This document shows positions 37,098 through 49,575 of a DNA stretch of 64,000 nucleotides, piece by piece. Source of the stretch: Bispira polyomma (Eukaryota); assembly GCA_965649765.1 (NCBI GenBank), contig OZ287750.1, forward strand, positions 46,128,001 through 46,192,000, in the 5' to 3' direction. Under the pieces are notes generated by a model. The model was not told where the DNA came from, did not search any database, and worked only from the letters and a program-made list of their open reading frames with translations. Numbering within the stretch: the first letter of the stretch is position 1; the number at the start of each line of letters is the position of its first letter. The position numbers and the translations under genes were made by a program.

Positions 37098-37515
37098 TGG
37101 TGTAATTTAATGTTTGGTGAAGTTTCGGAAAGCTAGCAAATTTCTAATTTGAAAAAAATATGCGGGTTTGTCCTACATCCAGTTTCCATTCAGAGACGAA
37201 GGCCAAATTTCAAAGTCCCAACACATTTTCAAATTCTATATTTTTTCCTAGGTATTCGAACTTTATCTGGCCCATGGTGTAGTTTAACGCTGCATGAAGT
37301 TTCGATATCTAGCATTTTCCTAACTTGAAAAAATAGGTGAGTTTGTCCTACATCCAGTGTTCATTTAGAGACTACGGCCTAATTTCAAAGTCCCAGCAAA
37401 TTTTCAAATTTTATATTTTTTCTAGATATTCAAACGTCTTCTAGTCTCTGATGTGGTTTAATGCTTGGGAAAATTTCGGAAACCTGGTATATTTCTAACT
37501 TGAAGAAATATGTGT
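37098..37515. repeat. About 175-bp tandem repeat, about 2.4 units; resembles internal arrays of invertebrate non-autonomous Helitron-like elements
   Basis: Units start at about 37099, 37276 and 37450; shared TTTGTCCTACATCCAG, AATTTCAAAGTCCCA. Confidence 0.7.
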
Positions 37516-40089
37516 GAGTGTTTGTTATAAATGTTATGGATGGCCGGACAAACCAAAAATTATCAGTCAACCTAAATGTAAAATAAAAATTTATCGGTTG
37601 ACCTGTCTATTTGAAAGTAAAATAAAAAAATGTTATCTATAAGTTAAAAGTAAAGCTTCTCAGTGGGGTTAAACATTACTCACAAAACCCCCGAAATTGA
37701 AATAGACTTAGATGATAGGAATCTTTCACAGGCCTTAAATGGCATTATTATTCCTGATTAACAACATACCATTGATCAGAGTATAAGAATTAAATACTTC
37801 TTGAACAATCCTAATCGCCATTTGCAAACATGTACATACATATCTCAAATATATCCCTAAACTCGCTGATTTACTTCTATATATATTTTCCAAGACTGTG
37901 CTGTCCACCAACAAAATGTATAATGAAAAATGAGGTAATTAGTAGGCCAAAATACAAATCCCATTTAACGAACAAAGAAAACAAAAAATAAATATATTTA
38001 AATGGGGGACACATCCTCAGTAACAAACAGTCATAACTACCGAAAATAAAGTAAAAATTATATAAGGAGATGGTAGATAGTGCCGTCTACATCTTTAGAT
38101 TATTCAAAAGCCTTATCTTGCTTATGCCCATATATGGGCACACAAAGAAAACAACCTTAAAGCGTTTGATACTATTGCCTGTGATAATAATTGTTGCAAA
38201 AGTTTCTGCTATATTGCTTGTGAATGCTGGTAAATAGTGGAATACATCATGAGACAGCCAATGACAAAATAAGAGGTCTGTCTCTTTACTATGTTGTGGG
38301 TGGGAAAGTTCACAAGATTAGTTTCCAGCCACCGTCAGCAGGCCAGAAGGAAATATTGTACCTTTACCTAACTGGTGGTTTTGGTAAGAAACGGTCAGCT
38401 GATTTTTCATGAAGTATACCTACTGAATTTCGCCATGTCCAATAGATACATGGTTTGAAGTAAGGAAATTTATTTAAAATAAATACTTTATGCTATGGGA
38501 AAAAACTGAAGTATATTGAGTATTTTAATTCTTAGCCTATAAAAATTGCGGCAAGCAACAGCCAATTTGTAACGGCAAAATCAGATGTAATCTGTTTTAT
38601 TTAGGCTGTCAGCCAGCGGTTATTTGGAAACATAGGTAAAAAAAACTGCATACACAGGTAATACACAATATTATCCCATCCTCAACCGGTAGAAGTGTTT
38701 CATTCAAGATGCAACAACTTAAGGGTTTAGTAACGTAAACACAAAAAACGATTGCCGCTAAACCACGTTATGTGTGCTCGTGGTTCTCAGAAACTGCACA
38801 ACTTTTTTCTTTGTGGCCTTAAACTGAATTTATGGATAACATATTTACATTTTCATGAGTAGAAACAATAAAAAATAACCAATGTATTAATTATATACTA
38901 ATTTATATATTTTACGTATCATTTTAATAGGTATCTTGACACATACAATACATATAGCAGTGTGTCAAATTGTAACTAAAATGGGTAATATTTTCAAAGT
39001 ACATGCTTCACAAATGTGACACAATTCATATACCAAGAAGAGATCAATACTAAAGTATTGTACATGAATAGAAAAAGGAAAACATCAGCATTATTTTGAA
39101 TGAATTTGTTTTTCAATAAAAGCACAAAAACAGGGATATTTTAGAAAAGCATTAAAGTTACACTCTTATAAACAGAAAGATGTTTTGTATTCTTCGTTTT
39201 TATAAAATAAGGAAACATATTGAAAAATGTAATTCATTAAAAATAATATACACATTTTTTAAAGTTGTATAGCGTATATATTGTGTTCATATATGCTGGA
39301 TCAATACTCGTATTATGTCACAATAAAAAGGTCTCTCTGCAAGAAATGTTTACAAATATGACGTTCCACTATAAATTTCAAATTGTGTGACGTCACAATA
39401 CAGGATCCGCTATACTACTGTTTTAATCATTCTTTAATGAAATATTGAAGTGTTAAATTGTTTCTGCATATAAAAATAGTTAAAACGGTCACTAAAGACA
39501 TATTTTAAGGCTGCCATAGTAGGTGGTTGTGGTTAAAATATTTTCGTAAGTGCAGTAAAATTTGCAGCCGCGCATTTGTGTGTTTACGTTACTAAAGCCT
39601 TAAAATAGGGGATACTAACTCATCACTAGATTTGTATTCAGCATAATGTCTACGATGCAAGAAGAGGAACATTATGTATAAATAATTATGTCTTAGTTAT
39701 GTAATACTATACTATCTATGAAAACTCATAGTACATACCAATAAATTTTATGCTGTTAGAAAGCAGAATTTTTTTTCATTAAACTGATAACTTAAATGGT
39801 GCTTCGCTGTCATTAGGTCTTGTCTCCAGTGGCAAGGTAAAGAACCTTGGAGACGTTGATAAATGGTCATCCCCAAGCCTATTATTTCAGTTAAGAAATT
39901 GACATTTGCTGATGCTAGTTGAATGTATTTGGGAAGTCAAAAAAATGGTAATTAGAGGTTAGAATGCCATACAAATATAAACAAATTTGATGTGTAAACA
40001 TTTGAACACGAACAGAAGTTAACAAAACAAGTTACAACATCAAATACGAAGCTCTCCTGCCGCCATAGACAAAAATATTTTTGCGAATT

Positions 40090-40295
40090 CAATTGTTATA
40101 ACAATTTAATTAAATCATTATAACGGATTACTAAATCGTTATAACAATTAAAAAAAACAGTTTTTTAAAATCGTTTTAACGATTTAATTAAATTGTTATA
40201 ACAATTTAGTAATCCGTTCTAACAATTTATTAAATTGTTAGAATGGATTACTAAATCGTTATAACAATTTAATTAAATTGTTAGAACGATTTAAA
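40090..40295. repeat. AT-rich minisatellite of about 21-bp subunits
   Basis: Recurrent GTTATAACAATTTAATTAAAT / GGATTACTAAATC in both orientations. Confidence 0.7.
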
Positions 40296-41637
40296 ATGAC
40301 CTGTAGCAAAAATTTATTCAGTATTTTATTTATCCAGTGAATTTCTTAAAAAATTATAAAACAGTGACCTTTTACTACTGCTAATATTCCTATCTATAAA
40401 GTCTTCAACCTCATAGACTCTTAAAGGCTGAAAAAGGTTTGATTTGTTACACTTAATTATTCTTGTACATACAAAACATCGATTGGTAGGCATGATGCTT
40501 AACTTTATTTTTGCAACCAAATTTGACACACTTAATTCATCATATAATCAGAAGCCTTAACGATACCTGAGCTTTCTATAGTTCCTATTTTCTAGTCAAA
40601 TTTTCTAACTCTCATGACATGGATACTTAAATCTTATATATTGTACTTAAAAAAATTCTTATTCATTAACCTTCTTTTGGTATTTAAAGTAACATTTTAT
40701 GGGGCCTTATTGCTGGTCCATAATACTTACAACAGGTTATATAAATTTGAAAAGACAGTTTATTTTAAAAAAGTATTACTTTTTACAATTTTATTTTTGG
40801 TGTTTGTAGATAAATTTTTACTGTGAGAAATTTTAGATTAACACTTAACTAAATACATTTTTATAAACTGACAAGATTTTATGCCACTTTTATTATGTTC
40901 GAGTACGCTACCTTTTAAAGAGGATAAATCTATATAATTTCTAGATGGTCACTTTTTATGCTTTAACCACGCCCCATATAAAGCAAACATAATCACTTGA
41001 GACAGAAGTATTTATAAACGGTTTTACTTAAACTTGCTGTTCAATTAAACTAATGTTATATGATTATTTAGTCAACAAAGTACATGTATGTGATTACTCC
41101 AAGCTAGTCATATATCAACAAATCTTTCTTCCTCCATATAGTTACAATTTAGGAACCCTTATCTTTGATGGGTCCAGATGAATATATGTTCTTTTATACT
41201 TAAACTTTTCTGCATGGGGCTATTAATTAACTACTTATACTATTCGATATATATATGCACCATAAAAGATTGCCTATACAGATTTACAAATATTTTCGAC
41301 TGGGCTTATTAATATAATTATAATTTGTTGTCGTGTTAAGGGTAGATTAAACCTTAATCAATGGCTCTATTTGTAATTGTTACTGTTGGTCTAGTCGGAA
41401 GACATTAATTGACCGGTAGTAAGATAAGATAATGGAACGAGGAAATAAAAATAGTGTTTATACTTTGCAGTATGGATTTTCTGGAAGCCACCACAGTATT
41501 TGGAAGGGGATAGCTTAAATGAACAGAAATTGTGGAAACCTATCCTAGTGTACAATGTATAATAAACCATTCAAGAATTTAAGAAGCTAGAAAAATGCAT
41601 GTTTATAGAGACTATTAGAAAAAATAAATAACGCAAA

Positions 41638-44394
41638 ATGTCTGTTGAAACAGTGTTTGAAAACTTGTAGTACAGAGCCTGTTGTAATGGTGAGGAAGAA
41701 ACAGCCATAAGACATTCTCAACATAAGACACAAAGATAATGGTACCACAGTGCTGCACACAGTGGATGCAGATGAGGGGCTCAGCAAAGTAGTCCCAAAG
41801 GTACTGCTCAAGGGATTTCCGATAGACTTAGTGGACGATCAGGGCCTAAATGTATTGCATTGGGCTCTGCAGAAAAAAAAGAGTACGAACATGGTTCGAG
41901 CACTTCTGGAAAGCGAACACTGTTTCCCTTTGTATGACCAAAGTGCTAAGGAAAAAGGATTTACACCGTTGATCTGTGGGCTGAAGAACAGCAGTGGGGA
42001 GGCAGCAAAGGCCTTGCTTATATGTGATGGCCAACATGCTCTGTGGAGTGTGGATACAAAAGAAAAGCAAACCTTCAGGATTGATTTCGAAAGCTATATG
42101 GCATCAAAGCAAAATATTTATGTTGAGGCTATGAAGATTAATGATCCAGAACTAATTAAGTTATTGCTAGAAAAAGATCAGCATTGGAGAGAAGGGGTAG
42201 TTAGGGGAACATAATGGAAAAAATGGACTGATGATAGCTGCGGAACAAAAACTATGGAAGAATGTTGAAGTTGTTCTGATGCATGGTGATCTGAGTCTGA
42301 GTCAATCTGATCTTGAATCAGTACTGGTCGAAGTGGTCAGAGACGGTAACCACAATATACTTGATAAGATTCTGACCAAAGAATTCAAAAAAGGTACACC
42401 AAGCCTCAGTACAAGATTGATACATGTGGCTCTGACCTCACCAAAGAGGGACACAAAGATTGTACAGATGCTTACTCAAAATGGAATGGATATTAAAGGT
42501 GTTAATGAAAATGGCCTTAACATAGTGCACGTCATAGCTTCCAATGGCGATGACAACATTTTGTCTGTTGTTGGAGGTAATTTGCCTCAAAAAAGTTTGA
42601 ACAAAAAGTTCCAAGACTTACTGTCACAGAAATGTCCAGTATATGACTGATAGTTCTCTGTTTTGGAGATCTCACACAGCCTTACAAACAGAAGCAGTGC
42701 AATACTTTACATATAGCAACCGTAAATATACATTTTACTGTTCTGAGTAAACTTCTGCTGTATATGGCTGATCTACATGACATAGATGATAGCGATCGTT
42801 CACCTTTACAGCTTGTGAAAGAACTGAATGAAAACTTTGGAAGTCTAACCCCAGATTACAGTCATAAATTTGACGAAATATATGAAGCTCTACTTAAGGC
42901 AGGCAAAGAGGTGCCAGATACCAATATACAAAAAAAAACTCATGGAAAACTTAGAAAAGGTTATATTAGCAGAAATGCAAACAGATGTGGTGGCAATCAA
43001 AGAAAAGATTGAAACTATTGAGGTGACCACAAAGCAGTCTCGTGAGGTCATAAAACAAGTCACTTAAACTGTAACCTTATTGGAACAAAATTTGAAAGCA
43101 ACATCTGTAGAAACCAAGATCGCTTTAGAAGATGTGAAAGAGGAACTTGTCTTACTCAAGTGCAGTGTGTCTACTGAAGAAATAGTATATTATGAACTTA
43201 TACATAGCAAAGGAAGTTGGACGAAGTCAAAGAGGAGAAGATGATAAACCTTTATGAGAACAATTGGCAGATGAGTTACTTACAGTTGCTGATTGTCCAA
43301 CAGAAATATGTTCTACCAGTAAACAGAGATAATAAGTCTAACCAAGAATGTGCTTTGCAGTTACTTGTGATCTGGAAATCATTGATTTGTCAAGGGAAGA
43401 TCCAGCTGCCTGTCATTCAGGCAGTACTGAAGAAACTGAATGTTGAAATTCCCGATTTGACTAGCCTCAAAACACAAATTGCTGAGTATTGGCAAAGATC
43501 TAAATCAGGTATGTAACAATGAATGTCAAACTGTAAAATACACACAAAGCCTGTTTTTGTAAAAAATTAGTATCATGGTGAACAAAATCTAAAATTGTTC
43601 ATGTCATGTTTGTTATTGTTTTAAATTATATTTAACACGTTCGACCCCTAGGTTGTCGCCGAGCAGTTGAAGGCAATTGTTAGTCCCAGGACCTGTGTCT
43701 GTTGGCAAGCAGATAACACACCAAATATATTATTTGTCTTCAGTTTCTAACAATAAAACATTGTTAGTGCAGCAGACGTCCCTATTTAAAAATTACAAGT
43801 ACGGTCGTTATGTGATGCCCGAAGTAGTGTGGTGTCTGTTTTAGTGACCTAGCTATGTGTCACCTGTTGTTTTGGTTATCACAGTAATTAATCTGGTGAA
43901 ATGTGAATTTCATTATATGGTTAAACTGCATGATTTTATCTAATACACTACTGACCTCAATTGAATAGTTTTTGAATATTCAGCTTTTTTTAAATCTCCA
44001 TATCACTTTCCAAATGATCAATTTTGTTTTTCCAAACAAGTAATTCTCCCAAGCTGTTTAGATAAGAGAATCTTTACTGCAATCACGTATTTTGTAGTTG
44101 ACCTCAGTGACAGAAAACTTGTGACATTGCCAGAATGATTGGGAAGGAATGGATGGAACTTGGACTGGAGCTGGACTGGAGCTGGACTTGGACAAACCAG
44201 AGCTGGAAAAGGTTGATGCAGACAATAGTCACATGCATGATAAAATACTGGAGATGCTCTTGACATGGAGAAGAAAAGAGGCAGGATACTCAGATGTAAA
44301 AATGGTGCATCTGTGCAAGGCATTAACGAAAATAGGCAGAGCAGATATAACGCGTGGAATTTCTACAAAAAGTAAAATATGCAATATTGTATAA
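41638..44394 (+). pseudogene. Second ankyrin/coiled-coil/death-domain paralog with many frameshifts and stops, inside a segmental duplication (about 41130-44730 vs about 17910-21920)
   Basis: Colinear with 18726-21530 including intron and flanks; ORF pieces at 41750, 42231, 42764, 42870, 43217 and 44149. Confidence 0.88.
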
Positions 44395-45430
44395 GTTAAT
44401 GTGCATGGCAAAAGATGAATTAAGATATATTGTTGTGAAACAGAATATATGGTATATTTATTTCAATAGTTTATGTTATATATGATGTCACGATGGTTAA
44501 TTTTAATTCAAGATTTATTTTTTGGCAGTTAAATAAAGTAGCAAGTAGCTCAGTTGTTCAGAATATTCTGATTATATATTATAATATCTGTAATAACTAC
44601 TGTAATGTTGAACTCCTATTTGGAATCATGTTTTTAGCCATGTTTGATACAGAATGTATGGTATATTCATTAAATAAGTTGATGTTAATTATGTTTCAAT
44701 GGTTACGTCTACTTTTTAAAGTAAATTGAAGGATAATGTTTAAGAAAATCTTGAATTATATCAATTAGCTTAGCTGAAGGATAATGTTTAACAAAATCTT
44801 GATTTTTATCAAGTGGCTTAGACTTACATTTAACTGATGCTGCTTAGACCGTAAACCTAATTAATGTAATTGTAGACTACCTTTTGGATATATATTAAAT
44901 CATATATTTATTCTGGGATTTCATGTTACATATTATATTCACGTGGTTTGGTTCAATTATTTAATTTTGTTAATTTTAATTTGACTTATAATTTTTTGTG
45001 TTTTGCTGTTGAACATATAATTTGTCATTTTAGCCACTGTTTAACCCTTTAATATAGCATTGAAAATGCTGAAGGGCAAACAATATAAATCCCCTGCTGA
45101 ATATCTGTACAAAAAATCAAGTTGATATGAGTAGAAATGCAGAAGGAAAAATGTTTTTGTTTATGGACATTAGTGCAAGTTGTAAATGAAATTAGATAAT
45201 AGTTTGTATTCCAAATTATGTTCATCTGGTATTTAAAGCACTTTTGAAAAACCTTTTCTTGACTAAACAACTATAGTCAACCAGTGCCAAGAAAGGCTAG
45301 ACTAGACCAGACTAGAAGATGGTCAAAATCTCTAATGCTATTAAGCCTGTCACTGGAGACCGAGGACCACCATCTCAGCCAATATGTATCTATCTGTAAC
45401 TGACAGCCCCAGACTGCACATACAACCCAG

Positions 45431-45650
45431 GGCCCCTATTCTCGAATGTATGCTCAGCTTAAACTCATACTCAACTCAAATTTAGAATTCCTACAACTCT
45501 GGATACAGTAAACATAACTAAAATCTGATTTCAAATTTGAATTCGATTTTGAAAGCTTTATTACAATGAATGGTCACAAGTATAGGTTGTTTTCTTGTAC
45601 AAGGACTTCCACATAGTCTATATTTGAGTTGAGTATGAGTTTAAGCATGA
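45431..45650. mobile_element. MITE-like element with internal inverted repeat (related sequence at about 14230-14645)
   Basis: GCTTAAACTCATACTCAACTCAAA pairs with TTTGAGTTGAGTATGAGTTTAAGC; starts after CAG with GGCCCCTATTC. Confidence 0.5.
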
Positions 45651-45750
45651 GTTAATTTTGATTAAACATTGCTACCAAATGGTTATTCCTGAGATTTAGC
45701 CTTGCCATGAAGATGTCCGTCTGCACATCATCGTTTGCCTAACATAGGGA

Positions 45751-46066
45751 ATGACAAGATAAATACTTACCTTATCCTCACAATGTGCTTAATTCTATAT
45801 TTTAATTAACCGCTCGAACACAAAATAGTAAAAAGGCATTTTTTTCTGACACTATTCCTGTTCCAACGACAATATGCATTGCGCACACATGGAAGTACAC
45901 ATGCTTCCCCGAACAGTGTAGCAAGCTCATTCTTATTTTAGAATCCTTTTCACATAAATATTGTGGGGTCTGGTGGGTGGATATTCGACTTCTAAGGATA
46001 AGGTAAGTATTTATCTTGTCATGAGATAAATTACTGCGATAAATACACTTACCTTATCCTCACAAT
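45751..46066. repeat. 272-bp element with a 28-bp inverted repeat plus a third partial copy
   Basis: ATGACAAGATAAATACTTACCTTATCCT (45751) and AGGATAAGGTAAGTATTTATCTTGTCAT (ends 46022); repeated again at 46038-46066. Confidence 0.65.
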
Positions 46067-46084
46067 AATAATTATATAATATAT

Positions 46085-47900
46085 AATACAAACATTTATA
46101 AAGCGCCAAATTGATGAGAACATCCTCTAAGGCGCTGATATAAAAAAATAGAAAATCTAGAGGCAAGAAAAGGACGTTACGGAAACGGGGTAGGTCCAGT
46201 CTGAAAAGGTAAGTTTTCAGATGGCTTCTAAAACCAGTAATTTTATCCTGTGATCCGACAGTGTGTGGGAGTTTGTTCTATTCAACAGGAGCCGCAACTG
46301 CAAAACAGCGCCTACCAATTTTTCTGTTTGGTCGGGTTGAGGAGAAGGAGAGGCAGTTTCAGAGGCAGTTTCCCCAGGTAGGACAGATAATGAGGTTAGT
46401 TGCTTTAAACACAAGAAGGTTGTATTTAAAAAGAATGCGCTGTTTGACAGGTAGCCAGTGCAGGTTCTTAAAGTAAGGTGAGACATGGCTAAATTTATCA
46501 AGCTTGTACACAATATGGCATTAAGCTTTGGCACAATAGGGCATTTTGGACTCTTTGGAGCCTTGTTATATTGACTTTATCTATACCATACAGCAAGGAG
46601 TTGCAATAGTCTAGCCGGCTGCTCACCATTGTGTTAGCAACCTGGACTGCAGTTTCGAGACTGAGGTACCTGCGTATTCTGCGCAGATCGCATAGATGGT
46701 AGTAGCATGCCCGGCAAACACTGGCTCCATGACTACTGAATGAGTTATCTTAGTTGAACATAACATCAACGTTTTTAAGTTTACTTGATGGTGACATATT
46801 GTTGTTAAGTAGACTGATCAGAAAAATGGTTTGCAAATGTCTCGAGTAGCATTTTCACCAAGAGTGATAAATTTGCTTTTATCTGGGTTGAGATATCCAT
46901 GTTTGCATAGACTCGAGGCATTTTGCCAGCTCTGATATGCTTGAGTCAAAGTTTCTTGCGTCAAGCACTAAGTATGTTTGTGTGTCATCAGCATACAAGT
47001 GGTAAGTGACATGAAACCTAGAGATTATTTTACTGAGGGGAGTGGTGTACATGGTGAAAAGAAGATAGCCCAATACAGAACCTTGTGGGACACCATGTGG
47101 TAGTAAGAAAGCTTCTGAGAAATTATCGCCAATTTAGATTTTTTGCTTTCTACAATGTAAATAGGACCGGTGCCATCGATGCCAAACCAATCATTCACAC
47201 AATTAAAGAGGATAGTATGGTCAATGGTATCAAAGGCAGCAGACAGGTCCAACAGTGTGCGTGCAACTGCTTCACCATTGTCAACAGCGACGGATATATC
47301 ATTCTGAATTTTCAACAGGGCGCTTTTGGATGAATGATTGCGTCTGTATGTTGATTGATGTGTATTTGTGATGCCTTTGTGGGCCATAAAGTTGTTTAAT
47401 TGTTTTGCCACTGCTTGCTCAATGAGTTAGGATACATAGGTAAAAAACGATACAGGTCTGTAATTTTAAAGGATGTTTATGTCGAGGCTGGGTTTTTTGA
47501 GAAGTGAAAAAACATAGGCGGTTTTAAAACAAGATGGAAGTGAAAGACTACTAGTAAATGATACAAGTAATGGGTCTGATAAGAATGTCGATATATTCCT
47601 TTAACAGAGATGTTGGGATATGATCCAGATCACAGGATTTATTTGGGGAGGATTGACAAGGTTTAAGGACTTCTTCTTCGGACATAGTACGGAAGGAGGT
47701 GAAAGTGTTGCGTATAGTGGGTGAGGTCTAGGAGGTTGATGACAGGCTGGACCTGAGTTTGTTGAAGACCTTTGGGTTATCGCGATTTTCATTAACAAGC
47801 TTAGTGTAATGGCCGTGTTTGGGGAGTCACAGCATGTTGTTGTAGCAGTTAACCGAATGTGCTTGATTGCAAACTTTAAGGGGAAGAGTTATTTGTGTCG
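46085..47900 (-). mobile_element. Decayed, 5'-truncated L2/CR1-group LINE (RT region)
   Basis: [40 protein letters not shown]; L2-like 3' end (GGCGCTTTATAAATG). Confidence 0.8.
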
Positions 47901-48109
47901 ATACAGAGCCCCACTTCAAGAATTTAAGATTTTGCAGCACATTGTCGAAGATAAGATGAGGAACATATAAAATGTATAACAACTCTTAACAGCTTGAAGC
48001 TTTAGTTTAAATAAGACCAGATAAACTATTCTTCTTATAAGTAGTAGACATACTGATGTTAAGTAGACAGAATGACATATATTCATGAAAACCTAAAAAA
48101 ACAAAGTTA

Positions 48110-49575
48110 AGATTAAAAGATAAAGATATAGCTTACCTTAATCTAAAACTGCAAGTGCAGTCCTCAAAACATGTGTAGTGGTACAAGAGTGATGTAATTA
48201 ACGTCAAGCTCTAGTCGAAGATGTGGTGTAGTCCAAATGTCCAGCATACACTTTCTTTATGATGCCACAACAAACGCAAACAGGACGGGACAGGCTTAAC
48301 TACTGATCAGGAGGCCTGTAAAGAAGAGAGAACACACATAAGTCATCAGCATACACTGAAGATAAAAACAATTTGCAAATGCATACACAGACAAACTGAC
48401 ACTTTATTGGAGCAAGAATAAAACTTGAGCCAAGCTCGTGGAAGACATAAGTTCTAGTCTAGAGGTTAGTGTATAACATAATAGTTAAAAGTACAGTGAA
48501 AAGTTGTAAGGTGTCCAAAAACACTTACATCCCGTGTCTACTAAGTAATATCTTTAAGATAAAAGTTTGTTAAGGTGTTGTCAGACTTCCAGAAGCAAAC
48601 CCCTAGGATCTGGTCAAGTGAGATTCCCCCTTAAAGGCCAATGAGTCAGCCATAGCTCTCACATCATGAGCTGTAACCTGACAAAGGTTATGAATTTCTG
48701 AATCCGCACTTTCATAAGCCAGAATGATGGTCTGTTTCAACCTTGATGAAATAGTAGATCTCTGAGTATATTTAGCAAAACTGTCCCTATGAGATATAAA
48801 AAGCAAGTTCTTTCCTGTTCTGAGACCCTAAGTCCGATTGAGGCAGGAGCTCTCACTGGGCATATGGTGATGTCCTCAGCCAATGACTCATCCACAAATG
48901 GCCTTGAGAAGCCAACTGGTACAGTAAGATACAGTAAGCTCAGACCAATGGTTTATGTTTGAGTGAAGAGAAGGTCCATGCATCAATTTCAGCTATTCTC
49001 TTCCCTGGGACGAGGGGGGGGGGGGTGGGGAGCGGTGGCCTAGTGGTTAGCGAACACTGGCCTCTCACCTCTGGGATCAGCTTGCATGGGTTCGCCCCCC
49101 TTTGATGCCTATGTGGGAAAGGTGGTAGTTCCTTACTGTGGTTTCAGTGCAGAATCTTGATCAACTCTATGCAATGTTTCCTCCAGCGTTTCCAACTACC
49201 CATGCCAATATAACCTAAACAGGTACTAGAGTGGAGGTTAAATATCCCAATTCAAATTTTAAAAAAACCCTGGGACCAGGGCTCTAAGAAATAAGGTTTT
49301 GAAGGGAACTAGTTTCAAAGAAGCCTCTTTTTGGTTCAAATGGAGGCTTGGTCTTGGTGAAAGCTAAAAAGTACTAAAGTCCCGATACAAACTGTGTCGA
49401 GAAGTCTATTCAGGTCGAGACTTTTTGAAGACTTCTAACCTTTTTGAGCCCAAGTGATATGCAATGGCTGTGCGATAACCAGCTAAAGTTGCAGCTTTAA
49501 GATTTCGCTGTTGAAATAGGAACAGTAAGAAATCTGCAATTTGGGCTATAGTAGCTGTGGAGCCGACCACCGTAT
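48110..49575 (-). mobile_element. DIRS1-type retrotransposon remnant: YR region and 3' end
   Basis: IADFLLFLF..LKAATLAGYRTAI, LFIS, AHDVRAMA.SLAF, WKSDNTLTNFYLKD; interrupted by SINE A. Confidence 0.75.
49013..49267 (+). mobile_element. SINE family A, copy 5, inserted in the DIRS1 YR
   Basis: TSD CCCTGGGAC on both sides. Confidence 0.85.

Noticed and set aside
40320-41100. Decayed LINE 3' fragment on the minus strand
   Set aside because: Only faint motif similarity (AKIKLSIMP, VED); too degraded to call.
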